Shown: positions 11,676-24,281 of the stretch, one piece after another | How the letters are laid out: every line of letters starts with the position of its first letter | Numbering within the stretch: the stretch's first letter is position 1 | NCBI GenBank assembly: GCA_905178155.1 | Contig: CAJINV010000001.1 | Span: forward strand, 7,385,794 to 7,449,793 | Source: Amoebophrya sp. A120 | Taxonomy: Eukaryota; Protista; Dinoflagellata | Direction of reading: 5' to 3' | DNA length: 64,000 bases | Translations under genes and position numbers: made by a program | Notes under the pieces: model-generated | Database searches by the model: none | Told to the model about the DNA's origin: nothing | The model's input: only the letters and a program-made list of their open reading frames with translations

Positions 11676-13850
11676 TTAGAAACCCCCCCAATCCTCCTCT
11701 TCTTCCCGTTTCTTCTTCTTTTTGCGTGTCACCGAAGTGTCGCCCTCTGCCCCGGGCAGCAGCTGCGGTGTGCCTCCGCCGGCGCGCGTCTGCGGCGTTT
11801 CGGGCGGCGGCTGTATGCTGTAAGACCCCATTCCGCGGGAGGAGGCTGCGTTCGAATCTCCTCGGGGGGCCGGCCCGGGCATCGGCGGAGGTGCCGCGAA
11901 CTGCCCGTTGCCGGCCGCGGGCGGACGCGAATAGTTCAACTGCTGCGAAGGCGGCGCTCCGTACTGTGGTGGTGCGGGCGGATTGTAGGCGTCCACATTT
12001 GCATAGTAGTCGGACGAAGAGGGCGGTCCCGCGTAACTGCTGCTCGAACTCCCCAGGTTGGCCGCTCTACCCGCGGCCCCGTAGTAAGGCGGCGCGGAGG
12101 AGGACCCCGCAGCTCCTCCGCCCCCCGGTTGCTGCGGCGGCGGGTTCAGGTTGCTGTAGGCCGTGGGTGGCTGCACCGCGGAAGCGGCCGGTGGGGGTAC
12201 GCCGGAAGACGGCGCCGGGCCGCCGCCGAAACCGGGCCCGGCTTGGCCCTGCGGACTGTAGTTCGACCGATTATTCATGTAGCTGTCGCTGCCGAATCCA
12301 ACCGGGGGTGGCACGCTTCCCGCGGGGCGCATCCCCGCCTGCTGTACCGGGCTCCGCGCGGCGGGCTGAAAATTCGGACTTCCGGACGAGCCTTGATCCC
12401 CGGGAGCGGCCGGCCGCGCCGCCGGGGAGGACGCAGTGCTGTCACGACCGGCACCCTTGATGCGGAGGAGGGCCGACTGTTCCCGTAGAAGGTCCAGCAC
12501 GTTCTGCAGGTCCGAAAACGCCACGGAGTACAGCTCCGCGAGCTCGGCGATTAGGTGACTCGCCGAGTTGATGCGATTCTCGATGATCTCGTGGATGTCG
12601 AAATTAACATCGCGCGTGATCTTATCCAGGTTCTGCTTGTGTCCGTTCCGCTTGCCCTCGTTCCGAATGATCTTCGTCGTCAGGCTTTCGACCCTGATAG
12701 AAGATTGTGTCACAGTTCAAGTTCTTCGCTTCAGAGACGGATGTTGGTGCGACCACTTTCAACGTTTATTTTCACTGCAGGGTTGAGGTGGACAACATGT
12801 CCACCAAGAACTGTTTTACACGTGCATGCTGGAAACGTGGCAAGCACTCGCGTGCGCCTTCGAACTGGACAAAATTGCTAATACCTCCATGCATCAGCAA
12901 AGGGGACCTAAACAACACAAATTGTGACTACCCTTCCAAACAACTACATCGAAAAAACGGATCTATCACATCAAGTGGATACAGTCGGTGGTTGTTGTCT
13001 CTCTGGGCATTTTGGAGTTGATCCCGCAGTTTCCGCAGCTTTTCCTCGTAGTGGTCCAAGAGGCTGGTGAGGCGATCCATGGAGTCCAGCGAGCCAAATA
13101 TTACTTGGTTCCGCTGGGAGGCCTGTCCCGCCACATCCCGGATTCGCGAAAGCTGCGGTGTAGTTTTTTTGGTATCAACTCTCTGCTTTCCACCCAACGA
13201 ATTTTTCGCCTTAAAAAATGCAACGCCGCCGGTCTTGTTTGAAGATTCTTGAAATTTCGTGCGTCGTAAGTACCAACAGCCGCTTTCTGGCACCAGAACA
13301 AGAAGACCCACGCAAAAAATAAAATACCACTTCTTCCGCTTTTTGGTAGCGCTGCGCAAAAATCTCAAGCAGGTCCTTGATAGAAACGACATGGTTTCTT
13401 GCGGGAAGTCCCACCGGGTACAGCGAATCGCAAAGCTGAAAACAAATTCGGAACGCGTGTTTTTCGGTATTCAAACCGTACATTGAAAACACAACTTTTT
13501 GTTTGTATTCTAAGGACACGAAGAGCAGCAATGAATGCTGGTCGATACTACCTACTGGGACCCAGATGGATTGTTCCGATCTAAATCTCTTTCCATCTAA
13601 TCCTATGCCGGCGCACAATGTCAAGAAAAATTAAGCCTGCTATACCCATTTTGCCTACCTGAAAAAGGTTGTCATGTAGCGTGGCAAGCTTCTGGAAACT
13701 CATTTGGAAGTCCTGGGTGGTGCTGAGCACCGTCGAGATGAACCGGTCATAGTCCGAGAGCTGCCCCCGCTCCGAATCGAAAGTACTGCTTCTCTTTGGC
13801 ACTCCGAAGAGGGACTCCTTCATTCCCCGGAAAAACTTTCCGGAGAACAT
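11676..13850 (-). CDS. BAR-domain-like coiled-coil protein with a Pro/Gly/Tyr-rich C-terminal tail
   Basis: Helical exons (MFSGKFFRGMKESLFG..., LLDHYEEKLRKLRDQL, KIIRNEGK) joined by GT-AG introns, then the low-complexity tail in ORF 11676-12713. BAR call is by visual resemblance only. Confidence 0.55.
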
Positions 13851-14624
13851 GGTGTGCCGGAAACCGGAACCGGTGAAGAGGAGGTAGAAGCTTGCGCGAA
13901 GAACTAAACAGGCAGATAGACTCTGTCCTCGGTTATGATGATCAGGAGGGAGGGTCGAAATCCATCATACAAGTGAGAAATTACTCACAATAAAGATTGC
14001 TCTTAGAAGAAGAGGTGAAGGATAGTCTGAAGTTGTAAAGTCTAACCACTAACGCTCGTTCGTTCATAGACGGCGAAACGAATTCCTTTCCAAAGCTACG
14101 CTGCCTGTACTCGCGACTGCATCAAGCTGCGACCGAAGAAGAAAGAACTTCCGCACGATAAAAGCTGCAGCATTCCTCTCTCCTCCGTGCCGCTTTCATC
14201 TCTTTCCTGCAGTTAATCTCACATAGAGCAGGCCGCTCACACTATACGGAAGCGCACCTTTTTTCACGTCCTTTGCAAATCGGTGACCGCGAAGCCGGAG
14301 GGCCGGCTCTCTACTCGATCTCGAGCCGAACTTTACTTTATTCCTGCTGCGCCGGAAAATTGGATATTTCATCTTTCGGGTGCGACAAAACAGAGTGCAG
14401 CTGATATCAGTCACCCGATAAAATGCATGCATTTGCACGACTGGCGTAATATTCAACAAGATCAGCGCAACGATCTTTCTTTGTTCTACGGATGGAGTGT
14501 ACCGTACGTTCACTTTCCGCAGGTATGTACAACGACATAAATATTTTGCAAGCGTGTCCGACATAAATATTTTCCACGGTTAAATCATCCCCGACCACGA
14601 CCTTCGTGTTGCTGGAATGCTTCC

Positions 14625-17600
14625 CTACACCCGGACACCGTAGTCAAGCCCCTGACCACCCGCCGCACCGCCGCTGGCCGAAACGGTATCAAATGCAAAA
14701 ATGTCTGGGTCTGGAAGATTCTGAGACTTGTCACGCATGTTTTTTTTTTTTTTTTCATTGGGCCCCTCATTTTTGCCGGATTCGGATTCGGATGTGCGCA
14801 CTCCGGTCGTGATTCGCCGGGGGTTACGCCGCGTACAGCAGGTCGACACTGCCAGGAAACTCGATGTGCGTGCCGCATTGGTCCATGCAAAATAAAACCC
14901 TAAACCCGCATGCCTACAGGGGGGTCACCCCTGCACCCTTTCGAACTCGGACCGGACACACGCATAGAAAATCCCCACGATATAGTTAACGTCTATAGCC
15001 GGAAGCCGCGGCGGACGTGCTATGCTGTGGGACGAATAGCAGGGGGGTGATATGGTCGAGAATAAATCTACACACGGGAAGCCGCCGCGCGAAACTGTAG
15101 TGAAAGTTTTTTCGAAAAAGTTTTTCAAGCCTATGACGGTTCGTATCTCGGTGGTACTACGCGAAGGCCATGCAAAAGAGTTTTTGCGACCTCCATGTTG
15201 AAAAATCTCGAGCGGAATCTGCAACGACCGTCCCGGCCATCATGTCACGGAGATACTCGCGCCAAGGTTGCGCCGCGACCAACCAGTTCCTCACTTTTCA
15301 GTTTCAGTTTCAGATGCGCATTCCGCTCGTGATTCGGCGGGGGTTACGCCGTGTACAGCAGGTCGACACTGCCAGGAAAATCGATGGGCGCGCCGCATTG
15401 GTCCATATAAATCAAAACCCTAAACCCTTCGGAAACATAAATCCGCATGCATACAGGGGGGTCACCCCTGAACCCTTTTTCGAACTCGGACCGGACACAC
15501 GCATAGAAAATCCCCACGATATAGTTAACGTCTATAGCCGTAAGCCGCGGCGGACGTTGCTATGCTGTGGGACGAATAGCAAGGGGGGTCGATATGGGTC
15601 GAGACTAAGCGCGATGTGCAGAAAGCCGCTGCACCTGACGGTAGTAAAGATAGGGGGGAGACCACTGTGTATGGAGATAGTTGCGCCTAGTGCGCGCTAA
15701 TCGGGATCTGTGTAAACGCGGATACTGGGAACGCCCTATGCAAACGGGTTTTGCAAACCCGCGTTTGAAAAACCCAGCGGGAAACACGACCGAAGCCAGA
15801 GATGCGTGGTGCGGAGAACATACAAAAACGAACCACGCGGGGTGCCCCCGCGACGAACTTTTTTCGCGCGCTACTGTCCCCCGAAGTAAAGGGCTTTCTG
15901 ATCTCAGATACTAGCCATAGGGTGCGATCAGACCAGACGCCAATAATAGAAGCCGCGCATCCTGACGAAGGACCTTAATAATAATTTGCCATGTAAATTC
16001 ATCACTAAGCTAGGAGGCCAGTGGGCGTTACTTAGAATGTGAATCAGTTCTACGAATTCACCTGCCTGCCGCAGCAGGTTACACAGGGCCGACACCTTTC
16101 ACACAGCTAAGCATTGCGGTGTACACCATCTTTTTTTGATTTTTGTTTTCTTACTATCGACGCCCGGCCTTGCAGGGCTCTCGCCCTGTCGTCTCTTGGG
16201 CTGTATGCTGCTTGACAAGTGGCACTTAAGTTCTTTTTGTACTAGGCTGCTTACATTCTGCTTAATTTATTTTCATACCTGTTACTCAATATCTTTGCTG
16301 CTCGACATCAAATACAAGTTTATTTGCAGGGGTTGGTGCAGACAAAGATAGAGAGTGACGGGTGTAGCGCATAGGATACAAAAAGAGCAGGATGAAAGCA
16401 GCTTTTCCTGAACTTATGTGTAATCATCATGGGCATAAGTATGTCGCTCATTATTTTGGAAAGTTTAAGGCTTTCTTTTTTATGAGATATATGCATTTCA
16501 CTTTCTTGGAAATTAGTTTTTCACTTATGCTGATTGAATTTCTGTCACCGTTCCAGATGGTTTCTTCGACTTCTTTAGCGCTTCATTTGATCACTTGCGT
16601 TGCAGCTCTGCATGGCAAACGCGATGTCCGCGCTGATTGATCTCAGTGCTATCTGTTCTGCATTTTTTCAGGGTATCTCATGCAAAAAGCCTCTATTCGT
16701 TTCCAAAATAATTATCGTATGCTGAATAGCAGCAACTTTTTTCCGCCGGATTCTTACCTTTGAGCAAGTACTGTTCTGCAAGATGCAGAGGCAGAAGAGA
16801 AGACGAAATCTGCCACGTGGCAGTGAGAGACCAGCTGCTACTTGTTGCACCATCTTGATTTGTGAACTCGTATTAACATAGTGCCTTACTTGAATGCGAA
16901 TCTTGTGCAAGATAAATGCATGCTTTTGCAATAGGCGCACTGTTTGTAAAGGATGACTTGTCACGCATGTTTTGCATGACCCAGGACGCCTGCAATGCAC
17001 GCCCTAGCATCATAGATTTTTAGAGGGCTTCCTGATGCCTACTCCGCATGACAAACGCTCTCCCCGCGTAGCACAAACTAGACTCCTCTTGCTGGTCATG
17101 CAATACAGACTTTTTTAGAGTCCAAAGTTAGCATCACAAGTTTCAACCTTCCAGACCCAGACATTTTTGCATTTGATAAACGGGCTCCAGGCCCGATATG
17201 CGCTCCTCCAGTTGCTTCACCTGGCTTTGCTGCTCCGAGGCCGAGCAGGTGAGCTTTTTTTCGACCTGCCAGAGCTTGACTGCGCCGTCGGTGTTGCCCG
17301 CGGCGAATCGTTGGCCCGACTTTCCATCCCACACCCCGCAGAAAAACGCGCTCTTCGCGTGCTTCGTACTCATGCTCGGCTGCTCCAGCGATTCGTTCAG
17401 GTGCCACAGCTGGCACAACCCGCTGGCGTCCACCGTCGCAAACACCGCCGGGTGCTCCGGGTGCCACTGCACGTCGGTCACGTAATCCTCGTAGTGCTGC
17501 CACTGCAGCAGCGGGCTCTGCGACTTCTTCGGCGCATACAAGTGCAGGCTCCAGTCGAACCCGCTGGTCAGCAGCAGATCGCCACAGCTCGACGACACCC

Positions 17601-19765
17601 GCGTGTTGATTGCCACATTTGAAACCTGCTTGTCACATTGCAATGTTGAATGGGAAGACTTCGAACGAACAACTTTGAAGATTGCGATATGATGTTGACC
17701 GTATCTTCGACCAAATAAACCAATCACTGCCAGAACAAACTTCAGGCAGCTGCCGAGCAGAAAGGAATAGGAAACAAGGAAAAAGAGTAAAGAGAAAACG
17801 ATGAAAGCCCATTACAAGAAAAAAAAGGTAGCAGCTAAGAAACTACCAATCCCAGATGCCCTTCGAGGGAATCCACAACGCCGGACTTGTTTTGATGAAT
17901 CTGTACTTGACAAACAGAACCGTCCTCGGCGCCGGTCCAAATGGCATTTTCAGATCCAAAAGCCATCGAGTTTACTACGAGGTCCCGGCTGCCCTTGCGA
18001 AGGTCGACGCATTCCTGCGGAGTGGTGATTACGATTATTGACGTCTTTTTTTAATAAAACTAAACATCATTCCAGAAGGGCTGACGCTGACCGCGTTCAA
18101 AAATGACAGAAGTATCAATTACTCAAGTCCTATAGTCTTCGCAGAAAATCACAGAAAAGCAGTATCTTTTCTCTGTGTGACTTGTACCAACCTGCGGATG
18201 CACGAGCATGGATAAATTCCAGAGACACAGTCTTCCATCTGTCGATATTGAAATCAGTTCACCGCCGCGTGCCCCTACTTGCTCCATGGCGTAGACAGGA
18301 TGCGCATGTCCTCTACCAGAAATCAAGGCGGTGCGCTGAACCTGGAAAAGTAGTTCGAAATAGAGATAAAAAAGTCGAAACATACACACGGCATCCAGAG
18401 TCTTCGCAAAACAACATAATTCTGGCGTGGACACTGAAAAAGACTCTTCCTTTCCCAGTGCCTGCACTTTCTCGCGAATAAAAATCTGGTACTACCGGGA
18501 CGCGCCTGTTCGTTCGAGAGTCCCACAGGACAATGCTGCCGGAATACGTCGACCCCAAATAAAGAGCGGGATTGAACTTATCGAACCTCACACTCAGCAC
18601 TTGAGACCCTGAATATGGATTTTGATGTTAGTTAATCATAATTCGCCACGAACCAATTCTTCCGCAAAAAGCAAGTAGTAGTAGTAGTTTTCAGGAGAAT
18701 ATCATGACTAGAACCACGAGCAGACAGGGGTCGTTTGTGCCACACTTCTAGTGCCAGCATGAAACCTGCGGTGAAGACGAACTCCGGACGATTCTGCAAT
18801 GCGAGGTTCCAAACACAGACCACCCCCTCGTCGTCCGATAGCGTCGCGTTCTTTTTCGGTCCGTAGGACGCGCAAAAAAGCTCGGGGAAATGCGGGCTCC
18901 ACTGCACGTCCGTGGTGGTCCGGTCCCGCGTCCAGCGACTACTTTCAAAATCCGCGATTTCCACCATCTCCTCGCCGTGCTTCTCCCCTTCGTCCAGCTC
19001 GTGCTGGTAGTCGCGATCGAACAGCGCCTCTGTCTGCGGCGCGGCGAGCAGTTTCTCGATCATTTTCGAGGATTTCTCGAAAAAGGCCACGAACTCGGGG
19101 TTCTGCAGCACCCTCGCACTGTCCTCCTCCGTCATGGGTTCTGGAGGTTTTTTCGGCACAAGGGAACTCGCAGCTCCTGCGGTGTCGTTGTTCGTTTTGT
19201 TCATCTTATTTCCAGGATCTCCTAGTAGTAATCGTGCTTCGTCATTTTGATTCTCCCCCAGCCCTTCTGTTGACGTTGCAACTGCCTGCGCCCCAGTAGA
19301 GACTGCTGCAGAACTGCGACCCTGCAGTTTATTTCCCGCGGCGCGGGCAGCGCGGGCACCAGGGTTGTCGTCCGCCATAGAAGTACCATCATCGCACGCA
19401 AAATCATCGGCCCCCGCCTGTACGCCCTTTTCGTACGCCTCACTCGTTTGCAGCGGCGGGATGTTCACTGAAGCGAGCTTCTTCACCACGTCCAGGTTCG
19501 ATGGCCGGTGCAGCGTCGGCGCTCGTGCAGGGTCCTGGTCCGCGGCGGAAAAGCGACCGGGCAGGAGTTCATTTAGCACCTCCTTGTAGGACTTGCGAGT
19601 CGTGGTGTCCCGGGTGGTCCCTTGCTGCAGGCTGGCGCGCTGGGCCTCCAGCTGCGTCGAGGCGCGTTTCAAGGCCTCGACCTTCTCCCGCTGCTCCTCA
19701 AGCTGCGCGCGCCGCTGCGCCTGCAGTTCCTGCAGCTCGGCTATACGGTCCCGCGCCGAAGACAT
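14625..19765 (-). CDS. DYNC1I: Cytoplasmic dynein intermediate chain (WD40)
   Basis: N-terminal coiled coil and motifs [100 protein letters not shown]. Four GT-AG introns plus introner 14687-17178; last exon [21 protein letters not shown]. Confidence 0.92.
14744..16954 (-). mobile_element. Retroposed non-coding insert with poly(A) tail and 15-19 bp TSD, nested in an introner
   Basis: GACTTGTCACGCATG(TTTT) duplicated at 14725-14743 and 16955-16973. T16 run at 14740-14755 is a minus-strand poly(A). No long ORF. Confidence 0.82.
14765..15603. repeat. Two ~300-bp imperfect direct repeats (~14765-15062 and ~15288-15603)
   Basis: Long identical blocks, e.g. TACAGCAGGTCGACACTGCCAGGAAA and TTTCGAACTCGGACCGGACACACGCATAGAAAATCCCCACGATATAGTTAACGTCTATAGCCG. 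Confidence 0.9.
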
Positions 19766-20426
19766 CCGGTACTGTGTTGCTGGTTCGCCTGATTCAGTGC
19801 GCCTCGCGTGAACAATTACATTTTCTCCTTAAAAATAGAACCGCAAAATTGCGATGCAATAATGATACTCGAAATTATGGGGCACGTAAAAATCAGAGCG
19901 ACGTGCAATGGTGAAGGAATGGGCAAAAGATGAAATTATGAAATGAGAGCAATGTGTTTTTGTAGTACGCGGATTAAGTATGTTCCTTGCCCACCACAAA
20001 TCCGCATTAGGTAGTGCACGAGGGCAATGATATTTTCTATACGAAAACGAAATGTCAGCACTTGAGCACAATAAACTACAACATTCCTTAGTCAAGGAAG
20101 CATGCACAAAGATCTAGCTACACCGACCTCCAAGAACGATCTTTGAAATTGATTCGACGTACTTGCATTGCCGGTACGATATTTACTATCGCCAACCAAC
20201 GACACAACGGAGCAGCGAAAATAACCGAACACATTTGTTTTCCCAGCAGAAACTGTCTATTCTCAGCTCGTAGCGCAAAGGCGCGACCTCGATACTGGCC
20301 AATGCGTCGTGGTCGATATCTTCGACAGCAATAGTGTACTTACTAGCTGCTAAGCTTCAGCAACATGCGTGTTCATCATGTAGTGGAGAAACCCAAATTC
20401 TCGATGGTCATTTGTAAGTGTAAGTG

Positions 20427-22255
20427 TCAATGCGCTGCAGCCCTACCCCCGGCAATACGCCCGCGCGACCTCTTTGAGGACCTTTGTGCCAGAAGCGTTT
20501 GCGCAAATTGCTCGCGCACACCGGGGTTCGTGAAGAAGTAGCAGCACGCATTCAGAAATCCCTGTAGCCCGCCGAAAGTGACCGTCAGAAAGTCAAGGAC
20601 GTACAGGCGTACCCCAAACCAATTCAGCAAGCGATTGAGCGAGCCGAATGACCAGCAAAAGACCAGCAGCAACGGGAAATAGAAAAGCCGCCGGAGGTTG
20701 CGCAGCTGCGCTTGCCGAAGCTGTGCCACTTCGTCTTCTTCGAGGCTACGAACGACGCGACCCTTGCTGTCAGGCTGGTGCTTGGTTCCGGCTATTCTCG
20801 GTGAAGTCGGACTGGAGGACGGGCTCAGCGACGGTGAGAAATTTACAGTGACGTTCTCGCGAACTAGATTCCCGGAGGTGGGCCCACGATCATTGAGCGG
20901 ACGACCCACAACCACCGCGGATTCTACCGCCCCGGCATCCAGTGGCCCGCTACTCTTGCTGAAAAATTCCTCGCGGCCTGCCGACGTTTTTATCATTTGC
21001 AGCCGGCTGCTGCTGCTACTGCTCACTTCCGCGCGGATCGACGAGGATGCGGCCGCAACTTGCCCCGTGACGATGTCTTCTGTCCGGCGGTCGGCAGTAG
21101 AAGCAACTTTCGGAGCTTGTGGCCGCGAATTGGATGTTGCTCCTCCTGCGGCAGTGCCATTAGACCCCGATCGCCCTCCACTCTCATCCCGGCCGACGCC
21201 CTCGGTTGCAGACGAAGCGGAAGACGCACTGTCTCCCTCCGCCGTCCCTTGGCTTGTTGCCAGCACCGTATCGCCGTCCAACACCAGTTTTTGCGTCCGA
21301 CCGTCCATGGACAGATTCTGGTCGACCAGTTCGGTGGTCTGCACGGCGATCTGCGTCACGTGAGAGGAGCCGTCCATTGACGCGTTGAATTCCTCAGCGT
21401 CCTCCGACATCAGCAACCGCAAGCGCTTCGTCAGTGCGAGGTACACGTACACGTTGTACAGCGAGGTGGCCCAGAGGGGCACGTAGAACAACAGAAACCG
21501 CAACGCACTCCCGTAACTGTTCCGCCCCTGAATCCAGCACCAAAACCCCGCGGGCCCGTATCCGTGCGTCAGAACGACGCACAAGGTCACGCCGAAGGGC
21601 ACGCCCCAGCAAACCTGTCTTCTAAGTACATAAAGACGTTCTATTTTGGTATTGGTTTCTTCGTGCACTATGACAGAAGAACTCTTGTTCTCAGAGTATT
21701 CAAAATTCATTCGAAAAAAACTTGCGAAATCAAATAACCCTGGAACAACACCTTGTGCATCTTCGTTTCCACTTCCATCTCCTTGAAGGACGGCGTCTGC
21801 TTTCCCCGAAACAACAGAAGGCGCAGAGAGTGCGAGATGGCGCTACTCCAGAGAAAGCTCGCGAGACTGAAGAACACGAAGAACGTGCTCTGCACGAGAC
21901 AGCCGGTGGACGAGGGGTTGGGAAAGTGTCCGATCACGGACGCACACGCCAGCCACATATCCGCGATGCTCAGGTAGAGAATCAGGCGCGTGAAGAACTT
22001 TCTCAAGTGCGGAAGGAGCAGATACCCGCCAATCACCACCTGGCAGGACGCCATCGACAGGGCCGAAACCAGCAGGTTCACCGATCGCAACAAAGGGTAC
22101 TCCTCCGCGACTGCAGGGACGAGCAAAAAACGCAACGCATCGTGGTAGGAGCTTTCGTCCTCTCTTGCGACGCCGTCGTAGTAGTTGTCGTCAGCAAGAG
22201 ATGAAACTGAAAAAGGCGGCATAAGAACCGCGTTGGCGACGGGCGAGGACATCAT
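20427..22255 (-). CDS. GCR1/cAMP-receptor-like seven-transmembrane protein
   Basis: Motifs RLILYLSIAD, C-x-VQ...SLASFLWS, YGPAGFWCWI, LFYVPLW, RLFYFPLLLVFCW, LQGFLNA. One GT-AG intron (KMHK-VCWG). Long Ser-rich third intracellular loop. Confidence 0.88.
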
Positions 22256-22893
22256 GAAAGCATCTTTATTCTCTTTCACCGAATTATTCGCTCGTGCAAC
22301 GTAGGAAGGATAAGCGGTGAGGGCAGCAAAGATGCAATTCCAGTTGATTTTCCAAAGAGAACAAATATGCCAAAACAAAACTAAGTATGGGGGCCCTTAC
22401 TCCAGACAAGTACCACGGGATTTTGGGATGAACGTGAACTGGACTTGTTTCGGAACGACTTCAGAAATAGCTTACATCCGCGCCAATCGCGCTGAAGTTC
22501 TTGTGGTTCTGCCATGATGCCAGCACTTAAAGTTTTCAATTCATTTTCGCCAGAAGCTGCAACTAGTCATGTTGCCAGGCACAAGGTGTATCAATTTGCT
22601 CAGTACATTTTTACTACAGAAACATCGTACATCAGAGCCACTCGCTTCTATTCATGTGTGCCTTGTCTTAAACGCTAAGTGTCATTGCAAGTACTATAGC
22701 CACTACCCGAATTATCACCAATTTTCTTCAGTGCTTCCAATTCTAAAAACTACAGTAGAGTCTTGAGGTAAAACCACTCCGGCTCCTACGTGGTACACCC
22801 TCCTACGTGGTACACCCGTACTGAGTTCTGCGACACGCAGCAGCACGTAAAACAAGCCCCATTGAAAGAATTCTGCCCCGCGCAGTACTGCCC

Positions 22894-23127
22894 TCACCAG
22901 GTCGGATAGCTGCAACTGAGTCGTCCTGCACAGGCCTCCTGCTGCCCCTTTCCACAAGAAGCCGAGGACGCCTGCTCCCCGAGGAAGGGACAGTGCCGGC
23001 AGCCGAGGTTGCAACATGGGCCCTGCTTCAGACGCGTCGTAGTGAACACGCGGGCGCCGGGATCCGGATCAATGTACTGTTCCCGTCCCTGCATCGTCGC
23101 AACCCGGTGCAACAGCGTTCGCGTCAT
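22894..23127 (-). CDS. Small Cys-rich DUF5522/C1orf53-like protein (may extend 5' to ~23421)
   Basis: LHRVATMQGREQYIDPDPGARVFT...GPCCNLGCRHCPF fits the YxDP..G..VFT...CCxxGCRHCP pattern. Confidence 0.7.
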   Translation of the reverse strand: MTRTLLHRVATMQGREQYIDPDPGARVFTTTRLKQGPCCNLGCRHCPFLGEQASSASCGKGQQEACAGRLSCSYPTW

Positions 23128-24281
23128 AGCGACTTGCTTTGTCCTATCTTCTGAACCCCGAGTATCAATAAAATTTAGTTGCCGAGCTATTCCTGCATTC
23201 TACGGCTCCGCCTGCTCCGCTGCAACACATCGCACTTCCGCCAGCGTCAATGGTGTCTTTGAAAGAGAAACTTTCACCGGTTGGAGAGCGGTCGCGCCAG
23301 CGGACGAAGCGCAGGACTTTGGTGATGAACTGCCTTCGGAGCTAGTGCTACGCGCACATGTGAGTCGCGGGAGAGCGCCGAAGGACGCAAGCAAGCAAAG
23401 CAAGTGGATCATTTTAACCATTGTTCTGCAACAATGAAGTAGTCCTTACGCAAAAACCCTGGTGTGCTCTCCGTGGGGCCTGGAAGTTGTATACGACAGA
23501 AATCTGCGAAATGTGAGGAAAAGCATCACATTTGAACTCGCGTGCTGGCGCCGAAAAAGATCGTCTTTTGCTCTTTGGAAACTACAGGCTGGGAACGCAA
23601 TCGCAAACGCTATAGCAACATAAAAAACGCTGGAACGAAGTGTGGCGACTTTGCTCCAGGACCCACAAGAGTGGTGCTGAAATTCGCACCAATCTGCTAA
23701 CCAGCCTCGACCTCCACGGATATCTCACTTAGCTTACGCCCTAGAAAACCCAAAATTTTTCGAAAGTAAAATCTGAGACAAGAAAGGCACGACAGACTCA
23801 CATCTTGTGCTGTTGGATCGCGGAGTACGAGTACTCACTAAAATGCCGAAATAATAAGCTGACGGAACAAATCCAGATGCCTATTTTGCAAATCGTAATG
23901 TTGACAACCGTCCCAACGCCGTCACCCAGCTCTCCGGCAAGTGCTTACTTTGGCTTTGCATTGAATAATTGCTGACTTACTTCGTGTCTTGCCAAAACCA
24001 AATCAGAAGAGAAAATCATAAAGACGCACCGCATGCACACTGGGTGTGACTGCAAAGTGAAAATTGTAGACATTCAATTTTTGACTTGAAGGCAAATGCC
24101 CTTAATCCAAAGGAGGGCGTTTGAGAAAATTACGGAAATGTTGTCTATTCGCGAATGCAACTGCATGTTGTATTTGCATGAAAAGAAGAATGGTAAAACG
24201 CAAAATAGCGGTGGATGCAGAGGTGTTACGGGACCCGCCTGAAGTGACTACTTATAAGGCGGCATCAAAAAAGTGCCTCAT

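Larger units (their letters stand above)
14687..17178. mobile_element. Family-A introner (2492 bp; 262 bp without its nested insert), TSD AACGG
   Basis: TIR TATCAAATGCAAAAATGTCTGGGTCTGGAAG at both ends, AACGG at 14682-14686 and 17179-17183. Segment 16955-17178 is the reverse complement of the 39770-40029 copy. Confidence 0.93.

Noticed and set aside
14687-17178. Tc1/mariner interpretation with a TA target duplication
   Set aside because: Each copy has its own 5-bp direct repeat outside the TA, and frame restoration fits the 5-bp TSD, so TA belongs to the TIR.
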